The position numbers and the translations under genes were made by a program. A stretch of DNA of 64,000 bases, taken from Octopus vulgaris (taxonomy: Eukaryota). Of this stretch, positions 49,421-63,171 are shown piece by piece. The DNA is taken from assembly GCA_951406725.2 (NCBI GenBank), contig OX597820.1, positions 36,704,001 to 36,768,000 of the forward strand, in the 5' to 3' direction. Numbering within the stretch: position 1 is the first letter of the stretch; the number at the start of each line of letters is the position of its first letter. Under the pieces are notes generated by a model. That model did no database searches and was not told the origin of the DNA. It saw only the letters and a program-made list of their open reading frames with translations.

Positions 49421-50629
49421 GTCGACCTCCTTATAAGCCTTTGACGACTTTCGTTAGGGGCCGTTGTTTTGTGCATGCTTCCGAGTAGTTTATGTTTGGA
49501 CCTGAGATAATCCAGGCAGGCACGACGGATACACTACAGTTTTTTCCAGTATTGGATTTTCCTTGCAAAAGATAGAGATGTTTTTTTTTTATTTTTCATT
49601 AATAAAGATTTGTATTTTTCCTTGCTGACCTTGTTATAAGTAAATGATTTGCTCAGCTTGTTTACTGCTGTTTAGTGATAAAATTTAAAAAGAAGCAAGT
49701 TTAGTTAGTATATTTTGTGGGGTTCAACCTAGAGTAACACTGGAGTAATAATCCCTAATTTCACATTCAGTAATTATGTCTTAATGTTTTGTCAGACAAA
49801 GGGTGAAGAAAGGTGTCTTTTCAGGCTGAGTTCAGTGTATCAAGCGTCTTAGTCCAACTCTGCTCATGATATAGATGCTCACTTCTCAAGACAAAAGATT
49901 AAACCCTATGATATTACATGACTTTTCATAAACCAAATAGTGAAGGTTGCATCACAACGATTTCGTTTCTGGCAGAAAACCAACTTTACACGAGGTGGAA
50001 ATTTGCTTTGCACTAGAGTACTGATCTCCAAAGCAGCACTGCCACTACACATACTTGCATTCCACTACATCCAAAAATATTGATCACAGCAGTCTGATGA
50101 ACTACATTGTTCACTAATCTGGGATGGCATTCAGTGGTTAAATACATTGTCTGATCCCTTAAATTTAATGACACTATTTTGCTATTACTCTTTCTTAGGA
50201 TTAACATTAACTATGTTAACCCTAGAAACTTTTCATCTTGGAAAATTATTTTTAAAAAACGGGATGACAAAGTTAATTCCCCTGACAGTTTATTATCAAA
50301 CCTTCCGAATATTATTTCTCTCGTTTCTTTACCACTCTGCCACATAGTCTGTTAATAACTAGTAGATATAAGATCGAATTAAATAAAGATAAATTGTAAT
50401 TCAACAACAAAAGCATATTGGGTTTGCTTTATTGGCATTTTATTTTTAGCGCAGTTTGCTGAAGCTGCTATTATTGTCTACAGTGACAGCCCGGCCAACT
50501 GAAGAAATTTAACATTTCCTTTTACGTTGTATTGTAAGCATTATTAATATATTTGTCTATATTGTTCACGGGGTTTTGTTTACATTTATTTACCCTTTGC
50601 GTTGAATAACTTAGAAATTAAAAAATGAC

Positions 50630-50675
50630 CGATGTTTTACGAAAGTAGGGCTGCTACTACTTTCGTAAAACATCG
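50630..50675. repeat. 19-bp-stem hairpin
   Basis: CGATGTTTTACGAAAGTAG-ggctgcta-CTACTTTCGTAAAACATCG. Confidence 0.85.
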
Positions 50676-51789
50676 CAAATCAGTAATGTCGCTTTGTTTT
50701 GTCAGCGAACTTCTCTGATTGACGTTAAGGTTGTCAAGTCAATATCTTCATTGCCAATATCTGTCAATACTACAGAATTTGGCAGAGAAAGGCATTACAA
50801 AACGGTATGTTAATATGTTATTAGTCCCTAATAATTGAAGATGTTTTGAGATTTTCCTTTTAAAATGTTTATGCTTCAACCTATCTTTTTGTGATACAGC
50901 CCTTTGTTATTTGAGATTCCGTCTGTCATCGCAAGAAAACACGCTGTTTACTATCTTGAAGAAAACATTCCATCAGCCATTAATTCATTAAATTCTACAA
51001 AACTGTCAAACAATTTTTATTTATAAAGCTAAGATTTATGGTTTACATTATTTCAGTTAGTAAAAAAGGGCCGGCATGTTTCTTAATTTTTTGGTATGAC
51101 ACTAGATGTACATTCGTGACCTCTAGATGCATTCAACGTAAGCTTACGAAATGTTCCCCGATTAGCTATGACACTTCCTATTTAGAACCTCTGTTCTTAA
51201 GTTCTGGTTGGTTTGTAGGTTTCTCCCGGGAAAAGGTTAATATTTGAAATAAAAACTAACTTTTAAATTGCAGATTTAAAGTTTGTGTTACACAACCTAA
51301 AACTCACATTATACATTTGAATGATTGAAAACTAAATTATTTTATGCAAAAAAAAAGGTGTTTTGTCGTTTCCATTTTGGAAACGAAAATTTACGTTAGT
51401 AAATTTTTAAAGAGATTTGTACCTGCTCATAAAGAGATGTAAAGAAAATAACATTTCCACTTTGCTTTATTGAAAAGTTTTGGCTAAGAAGGAATATCTG
51501 CTGTCGATATAGCATCAGTTTAATGTTTAAAGTAACACTACAAGATTCAGTACAGAATTGGGCATTCTTTCGATACTGACAGAATTGAAAGCATTTTGCT
51601 TTCACATGCTGTTATTGCAATAATGAATGAATGATCGTTGCAAAAACAGTAGTATCTTTCTTTCGTATTTTTCATTACAATCTTTAATTTTTGATAAAAT
51701 TTTAGAAATGTTTCTTTAAATAAACCCATTTCAAGAAAGTATCAAGCGGGCCTCAGGTTGGCAAGTCCTGGTTTAGACTCAGATCCTGA

Positions 51790-52240
51790 TGTGGTTGTTA
51801 AATTTGACGTCCAGTTTAAATATGTGAGGTTCACGTCTGTAAGGGTAACGACCACAAAAACGGCTGGGAAGGGAATTCCAGTCAGTTAACATTTTGTGGA
51901 GAAATGACTGGATATAGTAGTTTGTGTGGGTCTGCAGGAGGGAAGATAATATGGTTGATGAGAGGAGGAGAAATGGGTGTTCCTAAGTAGCCTTGGGAAG
52001 AGGTGGTATGCAACTAGTTCTGAATAGCCGAAACTTGTAGTAACTGTAGAATAATTAGCTCGAGGAGCAGTGCATATGTGGGCCATGGTTTGTAGAGCAT
52101 TGCTAAGGTAAGTTTCCACTGAAAGTATAGGAGCATTGAAGGAACACACAGAAAATTTCAAAAGGCAGAACATACAGCACAAAATGACAACCCAGTTAAT
52201 AAATTTAGCACTGGTTGTAAAGAATATGGTAGCTGTTGCT
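51790..52240 (-). mobile_element. CR1/L2-like LINE 3' relic
   Basis: Minus strand reads ..TNYYIQSFLHKMLTDWNSLPS.., the SF...WNSLP motif. Confidence 0.55.
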
Positions 52241-53164
52241 GAAATCAGTATAAACATTACCCCAAATTTCCAAACTTTGTGTTAGAAATCAAATGTTTGA
52301 GTTCAAACCCAGCAGAAATTTATAAATGTTGGAATAGAAGGTGATTAAGTCAAGAACATGTACTATAAAATCAAAAATGAGATTAAAAGCCATAAAAATA
52401 TATGTTAACTCTAATCTCAGCTTTTGCCTTAAAATAAATAGTTACAAAAATAACTGTTGTGAAATATAGAAATGCCCAATAAAATTTATATCTTTATCAC
52501 CATTATCATTAATGTCGTCTTTTCCATGCTTGCATTGGTTAGACATGGTATCAACCATAGAGTTTTCTATGGTTGATACCTTTCTTGTCACCACAGACCT
52601 CATTTCCAAAGAGATGTAATAATCTCCCTGTTTGTTGAACAACAAACAGCCCAAACGTTTTTTGTGGAGAACTGGCAACAGAGGACTCCAAAGGAATAAA
52701 CCCTTTGCTTACAAAGATCTCGCAACATGTCAAAAAGCCTAGATGTACTTTTGTCGTGGACTGCAAACAGATGATACTATCAGGAAGCCATTTTTTATGA
52801 ACCAGCAAAAGAGAGGGTAATACAAACTCATACAAGCATGCATACATAATTATATGTGTGCGTGTGTATATATCAAATTCATTCACCCAGGGCTATAGAA
52901 GAAGACATTTACCCAACCACATGCCCTGGGACTGAGCCCCAGGTCATGTGGTTGGGAAGTGAACTTCTTAACCACACACCCATGCTAGTGCCTATAAAAT
53001 TTAGAATGCAAACAGTGGGACACAGAAAAGTAGTAAGCTGTTCAAAATACATCTTGATATATCATGGGAAATATTTATTTATAAAGGCTACTCTATAGTT
53101 TTATAAACTGATAAATTTTGTCTGAATTTCTGAGATGAGAAATTATCATTATTATACACTGACA

Positions 53165-53370
53165 TAAGGCAGCAAGTTGGTTCAAACATTAGTGCATCGG
53201 ACATAATGCTTAGTGGTATTTCTTCTGGTTCTTTATGTTCTGAGTTCAAATACCACCAAGTTCACTTTGCCTTTTATCCTTCAAGGGTCAATAAAATAAA
53301 GTGCCAGTTGAGACTGATGATAGCTAATTCTGTGATTAAAGTTACTGGCTTTGTACCAAAATTTAAAACA
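53165..53370 (+). mobile_element. Family-A tRNA SINE
   Basis: GGCAGCAAGTTGG..ATGCTTAGTGGTATTT..GTTCTGAGTTCAAAT..CTTTGCCTTTTATCCTTC..GTCAATAAAATAA. Confidence 0.75.
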
Positions 53371-54289
53371 ATTGTTATACATTGATATATTTGAACCAGA
53401 GTCTTTTAGTTGTTATAGTTACTACTATTGTATCCTCCAACCTTCTTCAGGTGCCTGTTGTATTCAATGATGTTCTTGGAATTTAGAACCAAACCTTTTA
53501 TTAAATCCATGGTGGATAGATTACTCTTCCATTCTCCATATCGGAGATACTCTCCTTATTTGCTCGGCCACTACTTGTAACGTCACTATTTTGTTACACT
53601 CCAACCAGAGTGCCCACACATGCACGATTGATTTTGTATGGTATTTTATATACCTGTTTTAGTTCATGTTATTCAGACACATGCAGCTGACCACTTGGAG
53701 TTATTTCTCTCATTTCATTTTTGTTTATATATGTACATAGTTTGACTAACCCAGGAATTCAACTCATGTCTACCAGCTAACTAAATTATTTCACTTAATA
53801 TTTAACCAACATTTAGTAGTAGAAATTAGGGGTTTTAAACCGAACTTATTTTTTTATGGTTGCATGTTTAATGTTTTCCCTCTCCCTTTATGTATTGCCA
53901 TTTATCACCACCTCCTCCCTGATCTACTCCCTATTTTCCTTTACCTTCCTCCTCCCAAATTGAGATTGACCATACCTCCATCTACGTTCACAATTCTCTA
54001 CTTTCACTTCTATACCCATCTCTATCTCACTCTTACAAACCTACCCATCCAACCATCCTTGATTCTCTGTCCCTATTCTCTTATACTCACCTTTTTTCAC
54101 CTTGAGGGTATGCCTTAACACCTCATCTCCAGTATCCTTTCTCCCTTTTCAGTAATTGTAGCCATATATTTCTTCCCCAAGACACCTGTTCTTTTCCCTT
54201 TATTATACTTTAGCCACTCAACACCTAGCACAAATCAAAGGTCTTCTTGTGGGTTAGTTCTCACTAGTGTCCTCACTAGTACTGGTGCC

Positions 54290-54455
54290 TAAAAAAAAAA
54301 CCCTGTATACTCTGTAAAGTAACTGGCATTAGGAAGCACATCCAGCTATAAAAACCATACTAAAGCAATGGAGCTCATTGCAATCCTCCGACTCATCAGA
54401 TCCTGCCAAACTGTCCAACCCATGCCAGTATGGAATATGTATGTTAAATGATGAT
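54290..54455 (+). repeat. Interspersed repeat ending AACTGTCCAACCCATGCCAG...AAATGATGA
   Basis: Inverted copies at ~195-330 and ~57075-57220 (TTTCCATGCTGGCATGGGTTGGACAGTTTGACA); shorter pieces at 56760-56805 and 58200-58245. Confidence 0.65.
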
Positions 54456-55448
54456 ATGGTGATCATCACAATGCCAAACTGACTGAAGAGGTTATGTGCT
54501 CAGTATATGTACTGATTCCTTCAGTTACCTCATCTAGTGTTGTTCCTTGTCTATAATCTTGACTGTTCTACAAAAGTTGGTGACCAATTCCTCTTTGGTT
54601 ACTTATTAAAAAGTAATATAATATTGGTTTTAATGGCTATTTCAAAATCCCTACCTGTTCTCATAATTCAATTCCACTACAAATTTCATACCATTGTGAG
54701 TTTCATATGTAAATATTTCCTGTTTCTTTAATGCTGTTTAAATTTTCTGGTTACGCCTCTTCTTTTATTCTGACATGTTTATTTTGACATTTCTATCTCC
54801 TTTAATAGTCATACTTTTATAACTCTCTCTTTATTTCAGGGTATCTGTTGACATTGAGAAAGGATGTTTTGCACTTTTGCTTTATTAACAAATGGATGTG
54901 ATTTTGAAAACCTCAGACTGATATTGTCAAGAATATATTTGATTGCTTATGGCATCAACGAAATTGCAGCAAAATAAAAAAATTTTTAAAAACCATTGGA
55001 AATATATTTGTCAGTATTTTGAGAAATCTAACATGCATTTTTATCTGACTCGTATGCAGTGTCTTTCCTATTTGGATATACATTAAAAAGTAGTTGCAGA
55101 ATCGAACTCTGATAAAATTAACTCTGTCCAAAGTATTTATGACCACTGAAGTATCCACAGATGTCACTAAATGCCACTTAAGGAATGGTATTTATTGAGA
55201 AATTTTGGAGAAGTTTAACTTTTCTGAACTCTATAAAATAAAGATAAGGTTTATTTCTGTGTTTTATGAACACAAGAAGAAATTATTGTTGAGAGAGTGT
55301 ATGAGAATCTGTTTTATCGCAGATCACAATCTCTAATAATTCATCTCCTCAGACACAAGAAAATACAAAGAGTACATAGAAATACAGTGACAGTTACCCC
55401 AAATAGTCATTCCATTGTGTATGATTTACTTCTGAAACCTTTGTTAAA

Positions 55449-56198
55449 ATGTCTTCTATGAGAAAATATTTATCACATCCTAAACATATACATACAGGTG
55501 AAAGACTGCACCCTTGTGATACGTGTCAAAAGATATTCCTTAGAAAGTATGACTTGACTTGTCATAAACGTGTTCATACTGGTGAAAAACCATATTCTTG
55601 TGATATCTGCAACAAAACATTTTCTCAGAAAGCTAATTTAACTTATCATAAATATGTTCACACAGGAGAGAAACCATACCACTGTGATATCTGTGGTAAA
55701 ACATTCTCTGTGAGTAATAAATTAAAGAGACACATACGTATTCACACAGAAGAGAAGCTATATCACTGTGATATCTGTGGTAAATCATTTTCTCAGAATG
55801 GTCATTTAACTCGTCACATACAGATACACACAGGGGAAAAACCATTCCATTGTGATTTGTGTGGAGAAACTTTTTCACAGAGTGTTCATTTGACTACACA
55901 TAAACGTATTCACACTGGGGAGAAACCATACCACTGTGATATATGTGATAAAACTTTCTCTCGGAATAATATTTTAATTAATCATAAACGAATCCACACA
56001 GGTGAGAAACCATACCACTGTGATATCTGTGGCAAAACATTCACTCAATATAGTCATTTAACTGACCACAACCGAATCCATACAGGTGAGAAACCTTACA
56101 ATTGTGATATCTGTGGAAAGTCATTTTCCCGAAATAGTAGTTTAACAAGTCACAAAAAGATACACAATAAACAAACAGTGAAAAATGAAAGTTGTTGA
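55449..56198 (+). CDS. Tandem C2H2 zinc-finger protein (8 complete fingers, no KRAB/BTB domain seen)
   Basis: Uninterrupted ORF of [10 protein letters not shown]...H..IH-TGEKP units. Strong acceptor TTTATTTCAG ending at 54839 suggests a single coding exon. Confidence 0.9.
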   Translation: MSSMRKYLSHPKHIHTGERLHPCDTCQKIFLRKYDLTCHKRVHTGEKPYSCDICNKTFSQKANLTYHKYVHTGEKPYHCDICGKTFSVSNKLKRHIRIHTEEKLYHCDICGKSFSQNGHLTRHIQIHTGEKPFHCDLCGETFSQSVHLTTHKRIHTGEKPYHCDICDKTFSRNNILINHKRIHTGEKPYHCDICGKTFTQYSHLTDHNRIHTGEKPYNCDICGKSFSRNSSLTSHKKIHNKQTVKNESC

Positions 56199-59100
56199 AA
56201 AAGATTGTCACAATAGAATATTGGATGCTTCCCAAGGAAGACTTGTTAAGCTAAAGTTTCTAGTAACATACTGAAAAATGTATTTAGACAGTTTTTATAT
56301 TGTAATGTGGAAAATACTTTTAGTTTAATTATTTAGAATTATGATTATATGATAAAACTATTTTCATCTGATCTTCCTGCAATGATTAGCATGTCTACCC
56401 AAATATTTATTATCTAGCATATCTAAGCGTCAAGGTTGAGTGTGGCAAGTCACCATTTTGTTACATAGTGTAATGGTAAACAATAACATTATTAGACCAA
56501 GCACTGTGGCAAAAGATATATATTTATTCATTTTTACATGTTTTTTACATTTGTTTTTCCATGCTAGCATGGGTTACGTAGATATATTATCACGGTACTG
56601 TTTTGGGGGTAAGGGATCTTATTCCACATAATTTATTAGCAGTAGAAATGACAACCATGTCACTGCTCAGCGATTTTCAAAGACATACAAGTATAGACAA
56701 ATGAACACACATTTTGTGTGTATGTGTGCATATATATATATATATATATATCATCATCATCATCATCATTTAACGTCCGTTCTTCATGCTAGCATGGGTT
56801 GGACTGATATATATATATATAATATATATATTATCTGACAGGCTTCTTTCTGTTTCTGTTCATCAAATCCACTCATAAAGCTTCATTCAACCCAGGACAA
56901 TAGTAGGTGCCATGCAGAAGGATTGAACCTGAAACAGCCCAGACAGATTTATTTATTATCAAGAACATATTTGTGCAAATGCACCTCCAGTGGTCAACAT
57001 TAACATTATTAAATATCACAATATATATATATATATAAATATATCATATTTTGTATATATATATATGTGTGTGTGTGTCTGTTTTCCATGCTGGCATGGG
57101 TTGGACAGTTTGACATGAGCTGGAGAGCTGCTCCAAGCACCATGCTTTAGCATGGTTTCTATGGCTGGAATCCTTTCTTAATCCCAACCACTTTACAGAG
57201 TGTACTAGGTGCTTTTTACTTAGTTCCAGCATGGATGCCTTTTATCTGAGGTTTTTATGTAGCACCAGCATGGGTACTTTTTAGGTGGCACTAGCTTGAT
57301 GCTTCTTATGTGAAACCAGTACCTGCGGGGTCGTCAAGTAGCTTGCAAGATGATGACATCACAGCTGAGAGAAGTGGCTGTGTGCCAGATAAGAGGTTGG
57401 AGTATCATATAGATAGGGATAGCTATCTTATTTGATTTCCCCAATAAGACAAAAATGCAGAGGGAGGTAGTAGTAGAGAGAGAGAGAAAGATAGTGTGAG
57501 GGACGATTATTTAGAGATAGGAAGTAATGTTGAGAGGAACTGAAGGGGCCTGCAGTGGGATGGGGTGGAGAGATGGTTGTGGGTGAATTTTGCCAGAGAA
57601 CAATTTATGTGTGAAGAAAATGTGGGGCTACGGCCATAAATGGATGACCATGATTTTACTTAGCTTGACATGTCTTCTCAAGCACAGTGAATCCCTTGAA
57701 GTCTTGGTCCTTTGTCTTCTCAGTGAGGCTTAGTATCTGAAGATCCTTTCCCACCACGTCTTCCTCGGTCTACCATTTATATATTATATATATTTTTTAA
57801 ATTGCATATATATGTATAACGGATATAATTTATATAAAAAATATATACATATATAATATATGCATGTATGTCCCTGTAGAGAATTGATGTATAAAGATCA
57901 AAAATAAATCTACAGAATGTGTGCATGTATATGTGTATATATATATAGTTTTAAAATTCAATAAAACTTATAAAATATTAATTCCTGTTGTGTTATATTT
58001 TTATATAATGACATTTTGAAAATGTTCTGTAGATTGTACATATCTTGGTATGGAGAACAACGAGGTTTACTGATGAGAGGTTTAGGTGCAAAGTAATTTC
58101 CAAGTGATGGTTTCCGGTTTTGACAGAAATATATGAATTTTTTTCTTTTCTCAAACTTTCCATCTGAACAAAGAATGAAACTTGACATGAACGATCATCA
58201 TCATGGTTTTAATATACACTTTTTTTGCTTGCATGGGTTGGATAGAGTTTATTGAAGCAGATTATCTTTGACCAAATGTCCTTCTTGTCACCAACTCATA
58301 TGTTTGCAAGTATAGTAATATTTCTTCATGGCCAGATGTTTTCACAAAATATTGGAAATAAAAAGACTCTGAAAGAAACCAATTTCAAATCTTCCTTGAA
58401 AATATGCTTGATCATTGGGAATAATACCTCACATACAAAGAAGTGTAGGTTGGTGACAAGAAAGGCATGCAGCTATAGAAAATCTGCTTCAAAAATTTTG
58501 TTTGACCCATGCAAGCATGGACAAGTGGATGTTATGATGATGATAATATATGTAATGGACTTCTTTCAGTCTGTCTGCTGAATCTACTCACAAGGTTTTG
58601 GTTGGCCAGGGGCTATTGTAGAAGATACTTGCCCAAGATGTCACTGTATGATACAATGTGACATTGATCTCAAAACTACATGGTTGGGAAGCATACTTCT
58701 TACCTGTGCCTAGTTATGCTTGTGTCATATAATGATGACATTTTCAATTCAATGGCTTCTCTTTTAGCATTGTCTTTATCTCTAATGGAATTTATTTGTC
58801 TCAATATACTATAGAACTGTGTTTCAAAGAATTTTGTAGCCCTATATTCACTGTAGTTATAGACATCATTTGCCATGTACAATACATTGTTTCAAGAGGT
58901 AGTAAGGAGCCTTATAAAATGTGATTTGAATCAAATGAAAAGAACTATTGTTTCCATTGTCAAATTATGTTACACTTAATAGATCCGGTGTTATGTGACC
59001 AATGCTAATAACATTGAATATTAGATTCAAATGTAGTTTTACAATGTATTATAATTAAGATATATCACAGCTACAGACATCTTAGAAGCTTGGTGTCATC

Positions 59101-59269
59101 TATTTAAACAAGCTCTGATCTTTAACAAATTTCAGAAATCTGTATCTACTATGATCCACATTCAGTGTATCCTAGATGCTCAAAGTAGTGAGTGATTCTT
59201 CATAGATAAACTGATGTTAAACAAAGTAATGGAATATTTGTGATATTTATATGTAAAAACTGGTATGTA

Positions 59270-60074
59270 CATGGTCTGATAAATAAGTATCTGGACTGTT
59301 GCCATAGTAACAAAGCTAAAGCATGCAGAGTGGGGCCATTTGGCAAAGATTGACCTTAAACTCTACTGTTCATGCATACTAAGTTTTAACATTCTAGCTG
59401 ACTTCTGCTATTTACAGCAGTTCTTGGAAGGAAGGTGTGTCATGTGTGATAGTCACATTGACCATGACAGAGAAAATTGTCATGGTGATACCTGCTCAGA
59501 GCCCTATGCAAAGTTGTAGAAAGTGTATGGAGAGTCTATGTTGATATTGACAACCGTTCTTTGATACCTGCAACCAGCAGAACTGAGAAAAACACCATTG
59601 ATGTGCATTCAGTTACGAGGGGAAATTGTTGAATCACCATACGTAAGTTATCAGAGGATGTGCAGATTAGTTATGTCCATTATCTCTGTAGATTTGAGTA
59701 TGAGACACGTGTCTGCCAAGTTTATGCCAAAACTGCTTTCAGCTGACCAAAAAGACACTCTGGTTTCAGTTGCACAAGATCTTGATTGTGTTGAGAACAA
59801 TGGAAACTTTGTGTAGGCCGCAGAGCAGGTATTGCCAAGCTTTTGACAAAACTTGATACAGATTCTCTGCTCATCTCTCTCTGTCATTGTCAATGTGATG
59901 ATCACACTACACACCTTCCTTCCAAGGACTGCTGTAAGCAGTGAATGTGAGCTAGATCATTAAAACTTAGTGCATGTGCACAGCAGAGTTCAAGGTCAAT
60001 CTGTGCTAAATGGCTTCACTCTGCATGCTTTAGCAACTATGGCAATAGTCCGGATACTTATTGATCATACCACA
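59270..60074. mobile_element. Non-autonomous mariner derivative with ~250-bp inverted ends
   Basis: TA|CATGGTCTGATAAATAAGTATCTGGAC ... GTCCGGATACTTATTGATCATACCACA|TA. Transposase N-terminus MTERDEQRICIKFC on -, and VSAKFMPKLLS on +. Confidence 0.85.
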
Positions 60075-60145
60075 TATATGGAAATGTGTAATGTTGATAG
60101 GCCTTATACAAGACACAGGATGGTCATTGCTGAACTACCTTTAAA

Positions 60146-60379
60146 CCCTTTAATACTAACCCAGCTCTGACTGTGTAATACAAATGTCTCTGAATGTGTA
60201 GTACAAATGTCTTGTCTTCAAAAGTTCTGAATTAAAATCTTTCACCAAACATTAGCCACAATTTATGTTCCTAACACTAGCTTAATGATAACTAAGTTAT
60301 TTTACTAAATTCTTTGTTATATTTAAAATTAATTGAGAGAAACACAGAGCATCCCAACAGAAACATGGTAACAAAAGGG
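60146..60379. mobile_element. piggyBac-like MITE
   Basis: TTAA(A)CCCTTT...AAAGGG TTAA termini. Confidence 0.5.
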
Positions 60380-60879
60380 TTAATCATCTGTTCAATAAGA
60401 GGTGACTTAAGGTTAAGCAACAAACACCTCATCAATCACATCATCCAACTAACTATTCATCACCACATCATCATTATCATTATGGGTGGATTGTTTGATG
60501 AGGTGTTTAATCCTTAGTCATCTCTGATTGAGCTGACTTATGATTTAAAGGTAGTCTAGCAATGAATATCCTGTTCTTTTGAGTATTAAAGACCACATTG
60601 TCTAATGTATCCATCTTTCTTTTTTAAAGATGTTGAGGGAGACTTTGCTGATATTTCTAATATGGTGCGCAATTGCATAAAGGATTATGTTGAATGAGGT
60701 AGAATTTATAAGTTCATAAAGAAAAACTAAATATTATGTAGCATCAGTTATATGTAACACGATATGGCATAGAAGAACATAAAATACAGAAGTGATATCT
60801 AACCAATAAGAAATGTATAGCATAGAAGACAACCAGAAGTTCCTTTGGGATAACTCGCTAAGAGCTAGAGACCAAATCT

Positions 60880-61280
60880 GTGGCTGGTGTAAAATCCCAG
60901 CTAAACCAACAGTAACATTGTGAAAAAGGGTGGTTGACAGAGTTATAAAAGCAAAAAGACAAGCCTGGAATATTAGAAGGATGGGAGTAGCAGAGAATTA
61001 TACCAGGTAGCTGGAAGAGAAGCTAGGAGACAGGTTTACACAGCAAAGGGAGAAGCAAAAAGGAGGTGATTTGCTAATGTTCTCTACAGCATGAAGTTAG
61101 AGACACAAGTGTTCTAAATTGCAAGGCAGAATGTCAGAGGATATCAAGATGTTGTGGATAAATAATGGTATGCTTGCACTTGGTAGTTCTGAAATGAAAA
61201 AGACATGGAAATGCTACTATGAAAGGCTATTTAACTTAGAGAATGACTGGGAGAAAAAGCCTTCCTTATGTTGACCATGC
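60880..61280 (+). mobile_element. RTE LINE linker relic
   Basis: VDRVIKAKRQAW..ELYQVA..EARRQVY.AK..KTWKCYYERLFNLENDW. Confidence 0.65.
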
Positions 61281-63171
61281 TATCTTGTTTGGTATATTCA
61301 TCGATTTATAGGATGTTAGCCTAATATATGAAAGTTTGGCAGGTTGAGCAGCCAAGAATAGGCTCATTCATTGTTTTTCCTTCTTGACAATATATCAGAA
61401 AAACTGTAATTTTTGTTAAACTACTGTACTTTTAAGACAGCCACTTCTCACCTGACAATTTATCACTTCTTCCAAATTTTACTCAGTTGCTTTTTGCTTT
61501 TACATCCTTCCACAGTTCATCAGTCTACAAAGTGTTCTTACATGTAACCAGACATGAATTCTATTGTAATTACTTCAATGATTATAATAAACTTTGGTTG
61601 GGTGGTAAAAATGCACAATATTCTGATCTGGTTTATTGACTCTCTTTATCTTGTTTGGAGCACCATTATGTCTATATATGGATTTTATCACTTTATCCAT
61701 GCCTAGGTTTCTAATTGGTCATCAGACAGCAGGGACCTGTCAAAGACATTTTCTAAGTCCACAAAAATCATGTAATTTTGTTAGTTCTCAGCTAACTATA
61801 CCAGCTAGCTCATTAGAAATATATGGTTTCAGTGAGCCCATGTCTTTGTACAAAACTCAAAGTATACCCTATCTAACTGTAAACAGTCTCATACTAATTT
61901 CCTAATGACTATTTATTGTATCGCTTAACACTTGTACTTTCTTCTCTGTAAAATATCTGATTGTGGATGATAATGAGTCTACCACAGTCATTTGCAAAGA
62001 CACCTTCTTGTACAAACAATGGTAAACTAAATAAGTAGCAGGTACTTTCCTGTACAAACTAAGTGTCTTCTACTATAGCCTGGAACTGACCAAAACTTTG
62101 TAATGGATTTGATAGATAGAAACTAAAAGAAGCCATCCTATAAGTGAGAATTATTTTTCTCCATGGTAAAATGCAGGTAAATTGCCTTCAAAAGTTAAAA
62201 TATGTCACAAATATATTTGAACTAACCTAAAGTTTGTATATTTCTTATCATTGCTTAGTACTACTACTAATATATTTGTTCTGACTGGGCATTGGCAAAA
62301 TCTTCATTTGGATATAGGAACTAATAGCAAAGTACACCTAACATTTATCATACAGCTTAGCCTTTATGTATTCTACTACCCATTCCTTTCTACTCCTTAC
62401 AAACTCATAGTTATATTTAAAAACTTTATTTACTTTACTATTCCATCCTTGTCATATACTGCCTATGTGTGGTCCTGCTCTAATTATGGAATTAGTTCTT
62501 GACTTGCAGCATGTTTTATCAAAATCCAAATCTCTGTTATACTGCAATTCTTTATCAAAAATTTAGATTTCCAATAGATGTTACTAATTCCAATAAAAGC
62601 TATTTTCAACTTCTACATCCCCCTTTTCTAAGTTATAGTTCTATTCTCAAATTGATAATTTGAAATATTTATTTTATTTTTGAATTGACATGTTGAATAC
62701 AATAACCTGCAAACAAAACCATTTCAGTTAAAGAATAAAAAAATCTTACAGTAAATCACCTTTCTTCCAAACTTATTGCATAAACAACTGATATAGATTA
62801 TTGCAGCTTAAATTCACAAAGACAAAAGTAATTGAATCATAATACACAACTATCAACTGTTTGTAACATCAAAATAGTGACAAATGTGTGAAATCAGATC
62901 AGATATTTATATTAATCCAAAGTGAATCAATAAAGAGGTTTATGAATTTATATAAAGTTTAATCATACATATCATAACTTCTTTTATTTACACTGATTTT
63001 CTACCAATGAAATGGCCCCATTGACACAAGTAAGTCCAAATTTATTTGCATTGTAGAAGGTTCAGTTCAACATTATATCATTATTGCATAGTACTAACTG
63101 CCTCATAGGAATTCCATTGTGGTTTCCTGAAATAATAATTGGTATAATTTATTCAAAGTAATTCTATTTTT

